Positions 61,264 through 64,000 of a stretch of 64,000 bases of DNA are shown here, one piece after another. Source of the DNA: a bacterium. GTDB lineage: Bacteria > Zhuqueibacterota > Zhuqueibacteria > Residuimicrobiales > Krinioviventaceae. A program made the position numbers and the translations under genes. The stretch covers positions 32,001 through 96,000 of the forward strand of contig CAXXFV010000008.1 of NCBI GenBank assembly GCA_963674595.2, in the 5' to 3' direction. The first letter of the stretch is position 1. The number at the start of each line of letters is the position of its first letter. The notes below the pieces were generated by a model. That model had not been told where the DNA came from. It ran no database searches and saw only the letters and a list, made by a program, of their open reading frames with translations.

Positions 61264-62715
61264 TTGGAAAAATTACTATTTGAACAAAGTTCCCAGGGTC
61301 GTAGTGGAACTTCCCTTCCTGGAATAGATGTTCCTCAGAAAAATATTAATGAACTGATTCCGGAAAAATACCAAAGAAGTTGTATGGCGGATTTGCCTGA
61401 AATAAGTGAACCCGAGGTCGTTCGACATTTTGTCAATCTGTCTTCCCTGAACCATCATGTGGATAAAGGATTTTATCCCCTTGGTTCCTGCACAATGAAA
61501 TATAATCCAAAAATAAATGAGGAAACAGCCTCACTTGCCGGTTTTCAAAATATTCATCCGATGCAGTCACCAAAAAGTGCACAGGGTGCCCTCAAATTAT
61601 TATTTGAACTGGGTCAATATTTGTGTGAAATAGCCGGTTTGGCCGGTGTTACGTTACAACCGGCTGCCGGTGCTCATGGTGAACTAACCGGATTAATGGT
61701 GGCCCGGGCTTATCACCAGGCAAAAGGACGTCCGCGAAAATATATCCTTTTCCCGGATTCTGCACACGGCACAAACCCTGCCAGCGCTTCAATTGCCGGT
61801 TTTGAATGCAAACAGATAAAGTCTGATGAGCGCGGACTTGTTGATATTGAACAGCTTCGCCAGGCGTTAAACGAAGATACGGCTGCTTTTATGCTCACCA
61901 ACCCAAATACGTTGGGAATTTTTGAAAAACAGGTTGCTGAAATTGCTAAAATGGTACATGATGCCGGTGCTTTACTGTATATGGATGGCGCCAATATGAA
62001 TGCCTTGCTCGGTATAGTAAGACCCGGTGATTTGGGTTTTGATATTGTTCATTATAATTTACATAAGACTTTTTCTACGCCGCACGGAGGCGGAGGACCC
62101 GGTTCCGGGCCTATCGGCGTTTCTGAAAAGCTCGTTGACTTTTTACCTCGTCCCAAAGTTCTAAGTGGAGACCAGGAATATAGCTGGAACAAATCTGATG
62201 AACAATCCATAGGTAAAATAAGTACTTTTTATGGTAATTTTGGCGTTATGGTTAAAGCCTACACCTATATTCGCATGCTTGGTGCCAAGGGTTTGCGAAA
62301 TGTTAGTGAGGGCGCAATAATGAATGCAAATTATTTGCTGAGTCTGTTAAAAGAGTATTATGATTTACCCTATCAATGCCGCCCCATGCATGAATTTGTC
62401 CTTTCAGGTGACCGCCAGAAAAAGTATGGTGTAAAAACCTTGGATATTGCAAAACGTTTGCTGGATTTTGGCGTTCACGCGCCAACTGTATATTTCCCGC
62501 TTATCGTGTCAGAGGCGCTTATGATAGAGCCGACTGAAACAGAGTCTATTGAAACGCTGGAAAGTTTTGCAAAAGTTATGATTCAAATTGCAAAAGAAGC
62601 GGAATCCAATCCGGATATTTTAAAAAGTGCACCAACAACCACCCCGGTTACCCGGCTTGAGGAAGCGTTGGCTGCAAGAGAGTTAAATATTCGTTTTCAC
62701 ACTGAAAAAGAATAG
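61264..62715 (+). CDS. gcvPB: Glycine dehydrogenase (decarboxylating) subunit 2
   Basis: [46 protein letters not shown]. Confidence 0.95.
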   Translation: MEKLLFEQSSQGRSGTSLPGIDVPQKNINELIPEKYQRSCMADLPEISEPEVVRHFVNLSSLNHHVDKGFYPLGSCTMKYNPKINEETASLAGFQNIHPMQSPKSAQGALKLLFELGQYLCEIAGLAGVTLQPAAGAHGELTGLMVARAYHQAKGRPRKYILFPDSAHGTNPASASIAGFECKQIKSDERGLVDIEQLRQALNEDTAAFMLTNPNTLGIFEKQVAEIAKMVHDAGALLYMDGANMNALLGIVRPGDLGFDIVHYNLHKTFSTPHGGGGPGSGPIGVSEKLVDFLPRPKVLSGDQEYSWNKSDEQSIGKISTFYGNFGVMVKAYTYIRMLGAKGLRNVSEGAIMNANYLLSLLKEYYDLPYQCRPMHEFVLSGDRQKKYGVKTLDIAKRLLDFGVHAPTVYFPLIVSEALMIEPTETESIETLESFAKVMIQIAKEAESNPDILKSAPTTTPVTRLEEALAARELNIRFHTEKE

Positions 62716-62751
62716 AATTATTACTATTCTTTTAAACCTTTTTCGTGGAGT

Positions 62752-63726
62752 GTGAATTTGGAGAAATTGTTAAATAAAATCAGTACAAACCAAAAGGCAA
62801 AAATATTAGTAGTTGATGACATTCCTGTTAATATTCAATTATTAAAATCTTATTTGAATATTGCAGGTTATGAAATCTTTGATGCAAACAACGGGCATGA
62901 TGCCATAAAAATGGTTGAAAAGATTGAACCGGATTTGGTACTGTTGGATGTTATGATGCCAAAATTAAACGGTTTTGAGACATGCCGGTTATTAAAAAAG
63001 AGTGAAAAAACACGTCCCATTCCAATTATTATCGTGACAGCCTTGAATGAACTGGAGGATAAAATTAAAGGAATTGAGGCAGGTGCGGATGATTTTATTA
63101 CCAAACCGTTTAACAAGCTGGAACTATTGGCCCGTGTAAAATCACTCTTACGAATAAAAAATTTATACGATCAGTTACAGGATAAAGTAAAACAGTTGGA
63201 ACAAGCCAAGGAACGTTTACGGGAACTTGCTGTTACTGACGGACTTACCGGCTTGTACAACTATCGATATTTTAAAGAATATTTTACCCAGGAAATTCGG
63301 CGTGTTCTCAGACATAAAAAAATCGTATCGTTAATGATGCTCGATATTGATTTTTTTAAACAATATAATGACACACACGGCCATTTAGCCGGTGATGAGG
63401 TATTACGAACATTGGCAAAATTAATGATCGACAATCTTCGCAGTATTGATGTTGCGGCCAGGTACGGAGGTGAAGAGTTTGCACTTGTTTTGCCGGAAAC
63501 TGATAAAAAAGCTGCGCGGATCGTAGCCGATAAAATTAAAAGACTTGTACAAGAGTATAAATTCCAAAATGAAGAAACACAACCTAACGGATCGATTACC
63601 GTAAGTATTGGTGTTGCATCATTTCCTGAAGATGGTGAGAAAATGGATAATCTCATTAATATTGCCGACCAGCGTCTTTATCGTGCAAAGGCTGATGGCC
63701 GCAATAGAGTTGTGGACGAAGGGTAA
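62752..63726 (+). CDS. Response regulator-diguanylate cyclase (REC-GGDEF)
   Basis: LVVDD, LLDVMMP, KPF; DGLTGLYN, RSID I-site, YGGEEF. Confidence 0.93.
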   Translation: MNLEKLLNKISTNQKAKILVVDDIPVNIQLLKSYLNIAGYEIFDANNGHDAIKMVEKIEPDLVLLDVMMPKLNGFETCRLLKKSEKTRPIPIIIVTALNELEDKIKGIEAGADDFITKPFNKLELLARVKSLLRIKNLYDQLQDKVKQLEQAKERLRELAVTDGLTGLYNYRYFKEYFTQEIRRVLRHKKIVSLMMLDIDFFKQYNDTHGHLAGDEVLRTLAKLMIDNLRSIDVAARYGGEEFALVLPETDKKAARIVADKIKRLVQEYKFQNEETQPNGSITVSIGVASFPEDGEKMDNLINIADQRLYRAKADGRNRVVDEG

Positions 63727-63734
63727 TTGTATTT

Positions 63735-64000
63735 ATGACCGAATGGATAAAACAACAAGTTAATAGCAGATTATTTCGAAAATTGTTTTTTGCTACATTG
63801 GCTGCGACAATGATTCCAATGTTTATTATGATTCTTCTTGGTATTCAAAGCGGCTATATGTTTGCAGAAAATAATCCGATTATCATTTTGGCCCAAATTG
63901 TTAGCATTGTTTTACTTGCTTTAATCCTAACGGTTATTGTTTCTTTTTATATTTCAAGATATGTTACGACGCCAATTTCCGAATTTACCAAAAGTGCAAC
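63735..64000 (+). CDS. HAMP-containing membrane sensor, truncated by window end
   Basis: MTEWIKQQVNSRLFRKLF..., two TMs, then ISRYVTTPISEFTKSA. Confidence 0.65.
   Translation, partial: MTEWIKQQVNSRLFRKLFFATLAATMIPMFIMILLGIQSGYMFAENNPIIILAQIVSIVLLALILTVIVSFYISRYVTTPISEFTKSA

Overview
An AT-rich bacterial chromosomal window of about 55 CDS. PorV/PorQ-like barrels and proteins ending in a 'QNYPNPFNP' secretion-type domain suggest an FCB-group lineage such as KSB1 or Calditrichota (inference). The left part (1-19 kb) holds secreted hydrolases and carbohydrate enzymes, a TetR-MBL-SDR unit with two visible palindromic operators, and rsgA with a candidate leader peptide. The 19.2-25.1 kb stretch is a plastic island. 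It contains a REP-associated tyrosine transposase (RAYT) with REPs inside and beside it, an internally deleted RAYT copy, three copies of a ~120 bp promoter+leader module in front of unrelated genes, and a small secreted-protein gene bracketed by perfect 15-bp inverted repeats. At 29.7-35.5 kb is a sigma54-activator-linked ablA - Na+/solute symporter - ablB cluster (N-epsilon-acetyl-beta-lysine osmolyte) with three enhancer-like palindromes. The 29.7-40.3 kb region carries at least nine +1 frameshifts that look like sequencing errors. The right part is mostly housekeeping and signalling: GPH transporter, GH78, FlhG-like ATPase, PduO, phosphatase, PorV-TPR fusion, adenylate cyclase, dacB, mazG, HIT, EF-G, acyl-CoA ligase, S41 protease, gcvPB and a diguanylate cyclase. 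I saw no tRNA, rRNA or CRISPR array.
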